Source: an uncultured Gammaproteobacteria bacterium (lineage in GTDB: Bacteria > Patescibacteriota > Microgenomatia > UBA8517). Taken from it: 64,000 nt of DNA. Made by a program: the position numbers and the translations under genes. Location: contig CAZCXV010000005.1 in NCBI GenBank assembly GCA_964502815.1, forward strand, positions 2,706 through 66,705. Direction: 5' to 3'. Within the stretch, counting starts at the first letter, position 1; every line of letters begins with the position of its first letter. A model generated the notes under the pieces. The model was given only the letters and a program-made list of their open reading frames with translations. It made no database searches and had not been told where the DNA came from. Below, in pieces: positions 51,626-61,700 of this stretch.

Positions 51626-52195
51626 ATGAATCCAATAGCCAAACTATATCAGTCTTCGAAAACGGTCTTTACGAATAAAGATTTAGCTGTAATTTGGGAG
51701 GAAAATGACCCTTCAAGATTGTGGTCAAAAACATATCGTTATTTAAAAAAGGGGTTGTTGACTAGGTTAGCAAGAGGGGTATATGTAAAGAATAAAGATT
51801 ATGACCCCTTGGAATTGGCAACGAGTCTTTATTTACCCTCATACATTAGTTTTGAAACAATTTTCAGACAAGTTGGATTTGTATTCCAGTATTATGAAAC
51901 CATATTTGTGGCAAGCAATATTTCAAAAACTGTGATTGTTGATGACAAAAAAATTATCTTTAGAAGGTTAAAAGATGAAATTTTGTACAGTCCTGAAGGG
52001 ATAGTAAAAGAAGGGAACTATAATATTGCTTCTCCTGAAAGGGCATTTCTGGACATGTTGTACTTGGCGCCTAATTATTATTTTGATAATTTAAATCTGC
52101 TTAATTGGGAAAACTGCTTTGAACTTGTAAACGTATATAATAATAAACAATTAGTCAAAAGACTAAAAACCTATCAAAAAGATTATGCTAAATAA
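51626..52195 (+). CDS. AbiEi-family antitoxin (second module)
   Basis: Homologous to 40083..40583 (LAVIWEEND...SYISFETIFRQVGFV). Confidence 0.7.
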   Translation: MNPIAKLYQSSKTVFTNKDLAVIWEENDPSRLWSKTYRYLKKGLLTRLARGVYVKNKDYDPLELATSLYLPSYISFETIFRQVGFVFQYYETIFVASNISKTVIVDDKKIIFRRLKDEILYSPEGIVKEGNYNIASPERAFLDMLYLAPNYYFDNLNLLNWENCFELVNVYNNKQLVKRLKTYQKDYAK

Positions 52196-52895
52196 AGCAC
52201 AACACAGACGGATAATGGGTCAGATATTGAAGGATATCTTTTCTGACATTTTTCTTGCACCAATTATGGGGTTCAAAGGTGGGACTTGTGCCGCCTTTTT
52301 CTATGATCTGTCCAGACCATCGGTCGATTTAGATTTTGATTTGTTTAAAGTTGATGAAGGGACTCAAAAAATAGTCTTTGAAAAAATCTTAAAAATTGCA
52401 CAGAATTATGGCAAAATTAAAAATAGCTATATAAAATACCATACCATTTTTATTTTACTTTCTTATGGAGAAAAAGATCACAACATAAAAATTGAAACTA
52501 ATACCAGGCTCGATCCTGCAAACTCTAAAGATTACTTTGTGCCTAAGGAATATCTTGGAATTACCATACTTGTTCCGGTCAAAAATTATATGTTTGCCAA
52601 TAAGCTTGTAGCTTTGACAACTCGCTTGAGGGTAGTAAATCGCGACATCTATGATATCTGGTATTTTGCCAAAAGTAATTGGGATATTGACGTTGAAATA
52701 ATCAAACATAAGACTGGCAAGGATCTTTCAAGCTATCTCAATGATTGCATCCAGGTGATTGAAAAAGTAAAAGACAATGAAATATTGCAAGGACTAGGTG
52801 AGCTTTTAGATGAGAAAGAAAAAATCTGGGTCAAAAGTCATCTGCGTAAAGAAGCGATTTTCCAATTAAAAAACTACCTTGCAGCATTGAAATAA
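52185..52895 (+). CDS. AbiEii/AbiGii nucleotidyltransferase toxin (second module)
   Basis: FKGGTCAAFFYDLSRPSVDLDFDL NTase motif; 11-nt overlap with the upstream AbiEi gene (translational coupling). Confidence 0.7.
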   Translation: MLNKAQHRRIMGQILKDIFSDIFLAPIMGFKGGTCAAFFYDLSRPSVDLDFDLFKVDEGTQKIVFEKILKIAQNYGKIKNSYIKYHTIFILLSYGEKDHNIKIETNTRLDPANSKDYFVPKEYLGITILVPVKNYMFANKLVALTTRLRVVNRDIYDIWYFAKSNWDIDVEIIKHKTGKDLSSYLNDCIQVIEKVKDNEILQGLGELLDEKEKIWVKSHLRKEAIFQLKNYLAALK

Positions 52896-52952
52896 TACCT
52901 CTTAATCGTCAATTTGAACTCTCTTGCAATCCTCTGATATACTATTTCCTGC

Positions 52953-54233
52953 ATGGTGCAAGACAACATAATTCTTCCTAAAAACACTAAAGTTCCCTCT
53001 CATATTGCCCTTGTTCTAGATGGTAACAGAAGATGGGCCAGATCCAGGGGGTTGGCACCTACAGAAGGTCATAAGGCAGGCTACAGAGCTGTCCTGGAAG
53101 TTTCCAAAGCCGCAAGAGACCTCGGAGTGCATACATTCACAGCTTGGGCCTTGTCAACTGAAAACTGGCGGGAAAGACCAGAGAGAGAAGCTAAGGTCAT
53201 TTTTCATTTGGCTAAAAAGGCCTTGAAACTAATAGCCAAGGATGCCAAAAGAGAAGGAGTGAGGTTTATTCATCTTGGCAGAAAAGATAGGTTGCCAAAA
53301 GAAATAATCGCTGAAATCATTAAGCTCGAAAAGGCAACAGACCACTATACTAAGCATGTTTTTAACCTGGCTTTAGATTATGGTGGAAGAGATGAAATAG
53401 TCAGAGCGGTGCAAAAAATTGTTGATGATCAGATTCCATCAGAAAAAATCGACGACAAACTTTTTGAGAAATATTTAGATACCGGAGATCAGCCGTATCC
53501 ATATGTTGATTTATTCATTAGAACCTCAGGCGAACAGAGAACATCTGGCCTCATGCCCTGGCAAAACGATTATGCCGAGTATTACTGGGAGGAAGGCCAC
53601 TTGCCGGATTTTACTCCTGAAAAATTAAAAGCTGCTATTCTTGATTATTCCAGACGCAGGAGAAGATTTGGAGGAAATGATGCCGTGGAGCATTTTACTT
53701 TCAAACCCGAGCTTGCAGCTAAACTTGAAATAAACTGGTGGAGGCTTCGAAATATTCCTCAGGGAGTCAGCTTTACGCAGTATGCAGTTAAACACTTAAA
53801 AGAACAATATGGCCTCTCTAAAGAACTGGCGGGAAAAGCTGCTAAATATATGCTTCTGGCAGTCAAGGATGGGGATGCCAATAAGTGGGGTAAGGCAGGA
53901 ATAAACCTAAAAAGGTTTTATAAACTGATAAAAGAAGAATTAAAAATAGCCTTTGAGCCAAAACTGGTTGCTTCTTTAGAAATAAAGCTTTGGCAGGATC
54001 TTAAAAACAAAGATTCTGTTAAAAGCGCAGCTGTTGCAGAGGAGTCCGCAAGGCAGCTGTATGCCGAAAGTTATAGAATTTCTCTTTTTCAGGCTGCAAA
54101 ATTAGCTCACTTGAGGGTTCTTGCAAATATAGAGCGAAATATGGCTGAAAAAGGCATGGGAGAAGATCATTGGGATAGGGCAGAAGATTACCTCCACAAG
54201 TTTTACAGTGAACTCAAGAACAGAGTAGCTTGA
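52953..54233 (+). CDS. uppS: Undecaprenyl pyrophosphate synthase with ~180-aa C-terminal extension
   Basis: HIALVLDGNRRWA, TAWALSTENWRERP, RTSGEQR cis-prenyltransferase motifs; 426 aa against ~250 aa typical. Confidence 0.8.
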   Translation: MVQDNIILPKNTKVPSHIALVLDGNRRWARSRGLAPTEGHKAGYRAVLEVSKAARDLGVHTFTAWALSTENWRERPEREAKVIFHLAKKALKLIAKDAKREGVRFIHLGRKDRLPKEIIAEIIKLEKATDHYTKHVFNLALDYGGRDEIVRAVQKIVDDQIPSEKIDDKLFEKYLDTGDQPYPYVDLFIRTSGEQRTSGLMPWQNDYAEYYWEEGHLPDFTPEKLKAAILDYSRRRRRFGGNDAVEHFTFKPELAAKLEINWWRLRNIPQGVSFTQYAVKHLKEQYGLSKELAGKAAKYMLLAVKDGDANKWGKAGINLKRFYKLIKEELKIAFEPKLVASLEIKLWQDLKNKDSVKSAAVAEESARQLYAESYRISLFQAAKLAHLRVLANIERNMAEKGMGEDHWDRAEDYLHKFYSELKNRVA

Positions 54234-54253
54234 ACTCAAGAACAGAGTAGCTT
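54210..54253 (+). repeat. Perfect 22-bp tandem duplication (GAACTCAAGAACAGAGTAGCTT x2) spanning the uppS stop codon
   Basis: Copy 1 at 54210-54231, copy 2 at 54232-54253; the junction creates the TGA stop. Confidence 0.85.
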
Positions 54254-54319
54254 ATTATACTTGACAAGGTTTAAGGACTGCGATTTACTTAAAGAAAGCT
54301 TAGTAAACCTAAATAATTC

Positions 54320-55324
54320 ATGCCCAAACAAATAATAATATTACCAATTATTGTAGTTGTGGTGTTTTTTGTATTTGGAAATAAATTTCTTCAGAAACAA
54401 TCAAATTCTATTAATTCTGTTGAAAAAGTCAGAGTGGGCATCTCAAAAGTTGCACCCGAACTCTCAAGTCTTATTGTGATTGCAAACAATAAAGGTTATT
54501 ATAAAGAAGAGGGATTAGAAGTTATATTAACCAATGAAGAAAACGGTATAATAGGTCAACAAAACCTTCTTGCAAACAAAGAAGACATCATAACCACTTC
54601 GGAGTTTGGTTTTGTTAGGAATAGTTTTTCTGATTCTTCCTCAAAAATAATTGCCACAATTGATCGTGTAATTTTCATTGACGTTATTGCCAGACGTGAT
54701 AAGGGGATTAGTGTCCCAGCTGATCTAAAGAATAAAAAAATAGGTTATGTTTCCAAAACATCTCTTGAATATTTCTTGTCGAAATTTTTAACTTTTAACA
54801 ATATGTCGCTTAGTGATGTCAAATCTATGGATCTTACTTTTATTGAATCGCAAGAAGCCCTAGCCACGGGCAAAATCGACGCAGTGGTGGTGAATGATCT
54901 ATTTGCCTATCAAATAAATAAGACGCTTGGCACCAATGGTGTTAGTTGGGATGCCCAGAGTGGTCAAGATGTTTTTTCATCAGTTGTCAGCACGGATGAA
55001 TTTATAGAGTCTCATCCGCAGGAAGTTGAGCGTTTTCTAAGAGCCCTCGTACGTGCAGAACAGTTTGTAAAAACGGATCCCGATCAAGTGAAACAAATTG
55101 TAAAGGATTATTTTCATTTGGAGCAAGAATATTTTGACCAATCGTGGGGTAAAAACAACTTCACCATATCACTTGACCAATCTTTATTGTTGATAATGGA
55201 GGATGAGGCAAGATGGGTAATAGCAAACAAACTTACTGATAAGACAAAAATCCCCGATTATATTGACTTAATCTACCCAGATGCCTTGCGTAAAGTGAAA
55301 TTAGAAGGTGTCACGCTTTATTAA
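54320..55324 (+). CDS. Membrane-anchored NMT1/THI5-SsuA-like periplasmic binding protein
   Basis: N-terminal TM, two-lobed solute-binding fold resembling the sulfonate/nitrate/bicarbonate SBP family (ISKVAPELSSLIVIANNKGYYKEEGLEV...). Confidence 0.65.
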   Translation: MPKQIIILPIIVVVVFFVFGNKFLQKQSNSINSVEKVRVGISKVAPELSSLIVIANNKGYYKEEGLEVILTNEENGIIGQQNLLANKEDIITTSEFGFVRNSFSDSSSKIIATIDRVIFIDVIARRDKGISVPADLKNKKIGYVSKTSLEYFLSKFLTFNNMSLSDVKSMDLTFIESQEALATGKIDAVVVNDLFAYQINKTLGTNGVSWDAQSGQDVFSSVVSTDEFIESHPQEVERFLRALVRAEQFVKTDPDQVKQIVKDYFHLEQEYFDQSWGKNNFTISLDQSLLLIMEDEARWVIANKLTDKTKIPDYIDLIYPDALRKVKLEGVTLY

Positions 55325-55350
55325 TTTATGCTATTGTTATATACAAAAAT

Positions 55351-56346
55351 ATGACTAAGTATCTACTCGTTTTTGTAGCCATTATTATTTTGACTGGTGT
55401 TTACTTTGTGGCGCAAAAACAGCGACCACAAACACCTCGAACCGCTGAAAAACTAACTATTGCTATGTTTGATAATCCCACCTTTGCGTTAGTATTGATC
55501 GCCCAAAACAAAGGGTATTTCAAAGATGAAAATTTGGAAGTTACTTACAGGCGCATTGGCAGTGGCATAAGTAATTTGACTGATGCACTCGAAGGGAATT
55601 CTGATATCGGTTGGGCATACGAAACACCGATTGTCAGAAAGATATATGAAGGAGAAAAGTTGGGTATCATCACCACCCTTCACACATCTAGTAAAAACGT
55701 TGCTTTGATTGCTCGAAAAGATAGAGGCATTTCAACGGTAAATGATTTCAAGGGTAAAAAAATCGGGGTTTCAACAGGTTCAGCTTATGAATTTTTCCTG
55801 TATTCCTATCTTCTAAGTCAAGGAATTAACTTAAGCGATATAACATTCGTACATACAGATTTTGGAAATACGGCAACCATACTCAAAAATGGAAAAGTGG
55901 ACGCGGTGGCAATAGGAAACCCATGGTTTTATGATATAGAGAAGGCATACCCACCAGAATCACTTTCAATTTTTCAGTCCGAGGTATATACAGAGAACAG
56001 TATTTTAGCTGGTAGAGAGGATATTGTTGTAAATAAAAAGGAAGCAATAATAAGATTATTGAGAGCATTGGTGAAAGCAGAAAACTTTTATAGAACCAAT
56101 AATAAAGAAGCGCTAAATGCGGTTGTTGCCGAGCTCCCGGCTGTGTCTGAAGAAAGTATTCGAGGTACTTGGGATCATTTTACGCCCGCATTAAAACTGG
56201 ACAATGTATTACTGACACTTTTGAACCGAGAAGGACAATGGTTTAAAGATAACGGAATTTATACAACCGAGCTCCCGGATTTTAAAAAAGCTATATTTAC
56301 TGACTATTTAAAAACTGTAAAGCCGGAAGTGGTTACACTCTACTAG
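55351..56346 (+). CDS. Membrane-anchored NMT1/SsuA-like periplasmic binding protein (paralogue)
   Basis: Same architecture; the shared C-terminal ...VTLY suggests tandem duplication. Confidence 0.65.
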   Translation: MTKYLLVFVAIIILTGVYFVAQKQRPQTPRTAEKLTIAMFDNPTFALVLIAQNKGYFKDENLEVTYRRIGSGISNLTDALEGNSDIGWAYETPIVRKIYEGEKLGIITTLHTSSKNVALIARKDRGISTVNDFKGKKIGVSTGSAYEFFLYSYLLSQGINLSDITFVHTDFGNTATILKNGKVDAVAIGNPWFYDIEKAYPPESLSIFQSEVYTENSILAGREDIVVNKKEAIIRLLRALVKAENFYRTNNKEALNAVVAELPAVSEESIRGTWDHFTPALKLDNVLLTLLNREGQWFKDNGIYTTELPDFKKAIFTDYLKTVKPEVVTLY

Positions 56347-56362
56347 TGAGTAGCAATGAAAA

Positions 56363-58330
56363 ATGAAACTTGGATTAAAAATAATTCTGCCAATACTTTT
56401 ACTTCTTATTGTTTTGTTGGGATCATTTAGATATCTTCTTTCTAGCTTAGAACAACAAGAAACAGTAATTTCCAAACAACTAACAAGGATTCAAAAACTC
56501 AACAGTCTTAATGAGCGGCTAAAAAGACAACAAGAACAAACAGATTACAATACTCTCTCTTATGTGTTTGATCAAAACAGAGCATTTCTCCAGGAAATAT
56601 CGCAGGCAGAAATCGATAAGTCAAAAACACTCGATGAGATGTATCCATACATAACATCTTCTCGAGGACGAGAATTAGTAAATAATTATATTTTTGCAAA
56701 AAAGGGTGTCGAGTTACTTTGGAATGGATTGATAATAGCAATTGATACGGGCGATACTGTGCAAATTAAGTTTTCCTATAATCGGTGGAATATCCAAACC
56801 CAAAATATTAAGGCTGCATTAACCGATATTCAAGTTTACAACATTAATTCATTGGAAAAGACCCTCACTGCAGTTGACATAATTAGAGCTAAGATTTCCC
56901 AAATAATGACAATGCTGGCTTTGATAATTATTGCTACAGTCATATTTATTTATTTTTATCTCAGAGTTTTTATAATCATGCCGCTCATAAAACTCGCTCA
57001 CTTCGCTGATGAAATTGCCAATAAAAACTTTACTACTACTACTACTACTACTGGTATTAATTCAAATGATGAGATTGGTATGTTGTCCCGTAGCTTTAAC
57101 ACAATGAGCATGAAATTAAAGGCATATTATATGGAGCTGGAACAGAAAGTAGAGAATAGGACTAAATATCTGTCAATTAAGATTTCGGAGTTGGAAGAGA
57201 CAAAAAAAGCCACCTTGAATATTTTAGAAGATTTGCAATTGTCCCAGAAACGGGCCGAGATATTAGCAAATGATTTGGAAAAATTCAAATTGGCAGTTGA
57301 TAATACCTCTGACATGGTACTTATTACCGATCCTGAAGGAATTGTTCTTTATGGAAATAAAGCGGTAGAAAAGGTGACTGGTTATACGTCTAAAGAAGCA
57401 CTTGGCGAAAAATCTGGAACTCTTTGGAAAAAACCCATGTCACCAGAGTACTATCAAATATTATGGGATACTATTAAGAACAAGAAAAAGACTTATACAG
57501 GTGAAATACAAAATAAGAGGAAATCAGGCGAGATTTATACGGCAATACTGAATATATCTCCGATTCTGGATAACAATGGTGAGATAATTTATTTTGTTGC
57601 TATTGAGCGTGATATCAGTAAAGACAAGGAGATAGAAATGGCAAAAGACGAGTTTTTGGCTATAACTTCACACGAACTTAGAACTCCTCTTGCAGTTATA
57701 AAAGGAAATGCTTCAATGTTAATTGAGGGAGTTATTAAAGGAGTTTCTGGTGAAGCCAAAAATGTTCTTGGAGATATTTACGAATCGAGCGAAAGATTGG
57801 TAGGACTTGTCAATAGTTTCCTCGATGTTTCTAGAATGAGTCTTGGAAAGATATCGTTTAATATCAAAGACATCGATATTACAAAAATATGTATCAAAGT
57901 AATTAATCAATTCAATGGCCAGCTTGAGGAAAAAGGACTCAAAGTCAAATATACCCCGCTTGATAATTTGCCATTTGTAGTTGCTGATCCAGAGAAATTT
58001 GAACAGGTAATGGTTAATCTTCTTGGAAATAGCATTAGATATAGCCAGAAAGGAGAAATTGTCGTTAATCACGAATTAAAGAATGGCTTTATAGAAACTT
58101 TAGTAACTGATTTTGGAATTGGGATTTCAAAAGAGATGCAAAAATTACTTTTTACAAAGTTTCAACAGGGAGCTGATGGAATTTTGAATAGACAATCTGG
58201 AAGTACGGGCTTAGGGCTTTTTATTTCAAAAATGCTACTTGAAAAGATGGATGGAAAGATCTATCTTGTAAGGAGTGAACTGGGAAAAGGTAGTACATTT
58301 GGTTTTACTCTTCCAGTTGCAAATAAATAA
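56363..58330 (+). CDS. Sensor histidine kinase (TM, HAMP-like, PAS, HisKA, HATPase_c)
   Basis: PAS (LITDPEGIVLYGNKAVEKVTGY...), H-box LAITSHELRTPLAVI, G-boxes GTGLGLFISK. Confidence 0.85.
   Translation: MKLGLKIILPILLLLIVLLGSFRYLLSSLEQQETVISKQLTRIQKLNSLNERLKRQQEQTDYNTLSYVFDQNRAFLQEISQAEIDKSKTLDEMYPYITSSRGRELVNNYIFAKKGVELLWNGLIIAIDTGDTVQIKFSYNRWNIQTQNIKAALTDIQVYNINSLEKTLTAVDIIRAKISQIMTMLALIIIATVIFIYFYLRVFIIMPLIKLAHFADEIANKNFTTTTTTTGINSNDEIGMLSRSFNTMSMKLKAYYMELEQKVENRTKYLSIKISELEETKKATLNILEDLQLSQKRAEILANDLEKFKLAVDNTSDMVLITDPEGIVLYGNKAVEKVTGYTSKEALGEKSGTLWKKPMSPEYYQILWDTIKNKKKTYTGEIQNKRKSGEIYTAILNISPILDNNGEIIYFVAIERDISKDKEIEMAKDEFLAITSHELRTPLAVIKGNASMLIEGVIKGVSGEAKNVLGDIYESSERLVGLVNSFLDVSRMSLGKISFNIKDIDITKICIKVINQFNGQLEEKGLKVKYTPLDNLPFVVADPEKFEQVMVNLLGNSIRYSQKGEIVVNHELKNGFIETLVTDFGIGISKEMQKLLFTKFQQGADGILNRQSGSTGLGLFISKMLLEKMDGKIYLVRSELGKGSTFGFTLPVANK
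57032..57052 (+). repeat. (ACT)7 trinucleotide microsatellite encoding Thr7 inside the histidine kinase linker
   Basis: ACT repeated seven times, visible in the sequence. Confidence 0.9.
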
Positions 58331-58692
58331 TGGCAAAAATACTTATAGTTGAGGATTCAGAACCGGTTGCAAATATGTACCAGAGACAGCTTGAAGCAGA
58401 TGGGCACAAGGTTGTCCGTGCGGCTAATGGAAAGATTGGTTTAGCAAAAGTTAAAAGTGAAAATCCTGACTTGGTACTTTTGGATATAATCCTGCCTGAA
58501 ATATCCGGGCTTGATTTTTTAGCTAAAATACAAAGCAGTCCAGATACAAAAAAAATTCCAGTTGTGGCTGTTTCAGCATTTGGAAGTGAAGAAAATCAAA
58601 AAAAGGCTTTGGAACTTGGCTCAAAAGAATTTATTGAAAAAGAGAATGTAAACCCTTCAGATGTAGTAAAAATAGTGAACAAATACCTCTAA
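58330..58692 (+). CDS. Single-domain response regulator (REC only, CheY-like)
   Basis: ILIVEDSEPV, phospho-acceptor Asp in LVLLDIILP, no output domain; start overlaps the HK stop. Confidence 0.8.
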   Translation: MAKILIVEDSEPVANMYQRQLEADGHKVVRAANGKIGLAKVKSENPDLVLLDIILPEISGLDFLAKIQSSPDTKKIPVVAVSAFGSEENQKKALELGSKEFIEKENVNPSDVVKIVNKYL

Positions 58693-58785
58693 ACCATACT
58701 TGACAACTTTTCACGGATATGATCTGATTAGATATAGTCTCTTTCTATGTATTTGCATAGGTAAATGAAGCTAATATAAAATAAA

Positions 58786-61700
58786 TTGGTTAAGAATCTG
58801 CCCGGATCGCTTGAAGAAGAGAACAAAAAATTGGTACAGATCAGTAAAGCTGCTCTGATTTTAGGTGTCTCTATTGATACTTTGAGACGTTGGGATAAAA
58901 AAGGTATCTTAAAAGCAGTCAAATCTAAAGGTAAACGTTTCTATTTACTTGAAGAACTTGAAAAGTTTGGTAAAGAGAAAACAAAATCTTCTACCTATGC
59001 AAATACATATGCAAATGAGCCTGAAAAAACAGAAAAACTAGATTGGCAAGTTTTTCAATGGTTGAGTAGTGCAGTTGAATCAGTTAAAAAGGCTCAAGTC
59101 AGGCTTTTGTCTTTCAATAAAATTATAAGGTTTTCAGTTTTAATACCCTTGGTACTATTTCTGGTTGTCATTTTTCTTGTCTCTTTTCTATTTTTACTCA
59201 AGCCCCGGGCAACTACAGAGTTTTTTAATTATAAATTAAAATCTCAAATAGTTAATGAGAAAGGGGAAACTGCAGCAGTTTTGGCGGCACAAACCTCAAG
59301 TGAAGCAATTTCAAGCCAAAATATCATTGCAAATTATCTTCAAGGACCAGCTAATATATCGGTGAAGATACTGCGAACTATTGGAAATGAGCAAGCTACA
59401 GAAATTGTTCTACCATCTGAAGAACTTGATCAGATTAGGCAGCGGCTGGGAATTGTTGGAGAAGGGGATATAAGTCCAAACGGTAGTTTAGTTCTTAGAG
59501 ACATTTCTCAGATTAAGATTGGAAACGAAGACTTGTTGACTAGATTAAATACTGAGTTTTCCAAAACACCAGACCAAAATACAACTATCGAGACTAGAAT
59601 TGGGGAAATAAAATCTGATTCAAATCGGCTTAGCGTTAACTCCTTGGACGGAGTGTCCGTTTTTAGTCTTGATTTAGCAGGTATACTTGCCGATATTTCA
59701 GCAGATTCTGTTAAAAGTGAGAATATCAAAGATGGAGAAGTTAAAAATTCCGATCTTTCCCAAATTACCGATACAAATAAAGTAGCTGGATCTGCAGTTC
59801 AACTTTCTTCAACTGGAGGACTAATAAACAGTTCTGGTCTTTCATTATCTATTTCTTGCTCTTCAAATCAAATTCTTGTCTGGGATGGTGATTCTTGGGA
59901 ATGTGGTACTCAAACTGGTGGAGGCGGTGGGTCTTATTTAGCTGGTAATGATTTAGACATAACGGGGACGACTTTTGATATAGAAGCAACTTTAGATAGT
60001 GTATCTACTGTCAACTTTTTAGGAACTGGGACAATAAATGGACTTGATTTAATTGATGACACATCAGAATCAACAATTGAAAGTTCTATTGATACGCTGG
60101 CAAATCTTACTTCTGCCTCCTCTTTAGTTACAGTTGGAACATTGACAGGTGGGGCTACTGGGTCTGGTTTTACACTGAATTTTGGTTCTTCTACCTTATC
60201 AGGCAATATTACAGGTACAAATATATCGGGAATTGATATTTCAGATGATACAAATTTATCAGCAACAAGTGGAATAAGTTTAACGGGAGATCAATTAACG
60301 GCCACTTTAGGAACAACAATTGCCAATTCTGAGATTGATATCGATACAATTAATTTTGATAGGCTCGATTCAAGCCTGACTTTAGATGAAGCAACAACAA
60401 TCTCATCAGGATCCGCTCTTGGATTTAGTATTGGCAACAATGTAACTTTTGCAGTAACCGGAACAGGTCAAATAATTGCAACAGACTTATCATGTAGTGA
60501 TTGTATTGGTTCAACAGAAATATCGGGATTGACTTGGTCAGAGATTTCTTCCACCCCAACCACTCTCTCTGGTTATGGAATTACTGATGGATTATCAACT
60601 TCAATAATTCAAACAGCAGATGGATATTTTGGCGATATCTATCTCAAAGATGATACCTCTCCATCTCACTATCTGCAAATCACCAATGCCCAGAATCTAA
60701 CTGCAGCCCACGTTCTTTCTATTTCAACATCAGATGCGGACCGTACACTGACCATTTCTGCCAATTCAACTATCTCTGGAACAAATACAGGAGATCAGAC
60801 GATAACCCTTACAGGAGATGTAACAGGAAGTGGAACAGGAAGTTTTGCAGCAACTATTGAAAATGACAAGATTTTAGAAGTGCATTTAAAGGCAGTTGAT
60901 GGGGCAACAGATGAAGAATGCCTAACTTATGAATCAACCGTCGGAGATTTTGAATGGCAAAGCTGTGGAGCTGGAGGATCAACAACTTGGGATGCAATTG
61001 GTGATCCTACTCTTGGGGGAGCTATTGCCATGGCTGAGACTACTCAAACAATGGACTGGAACAGTAATGACGTTACAGCCCTTGCAGTTGATGGTTTAAC
61101 GCTTACCTATACTAATGATGCGGCAACTGACATTTTAAACCAAAATCTTTTGACCTTGGCAAATGTCAACACTTCTGGGTCTAGTACTACTGAAGCTTTG
61201 TTGGTGATTGACAACAGAGATACTAATGAAGCAGTTACCGCTGGTATTCGGATCATTTCTGCAGCAGGTGGGATAACAAAGGGAGTTGATTTTGACGATA
61301 CCGATATTGTAACCGACATTGAATTTCAAAATGACGAAACAATGGATAATAATACTAACGGCCAGCTTACCTTCACCGGTGTAGGTCAGACAAATAATGG
61401 CACATTGACACTTGATTTAGAAACAAATAGCATACCAACCTTAACATCTTCAACAGATACTGCAATAGGAATAGACGAAGATCTGCAGTTTATTGGAGCG
61501 CAAACTATAAGTACTTCAACTGGAAACCTAACAATTGATTCTGGAGCAAACACTATTTTAGCAGATGCAACAATCCAGCTTTCAAATGCAGGTTTTGCGT
61601 CTTGTTCTACTTTAGCGACAGATTCTTCCGGAAACCTTACTTGTAGTGGTATTGGAGATACTGCTTCTTTTAGCGATACAACGCCTGCAGCTATTGCAGA

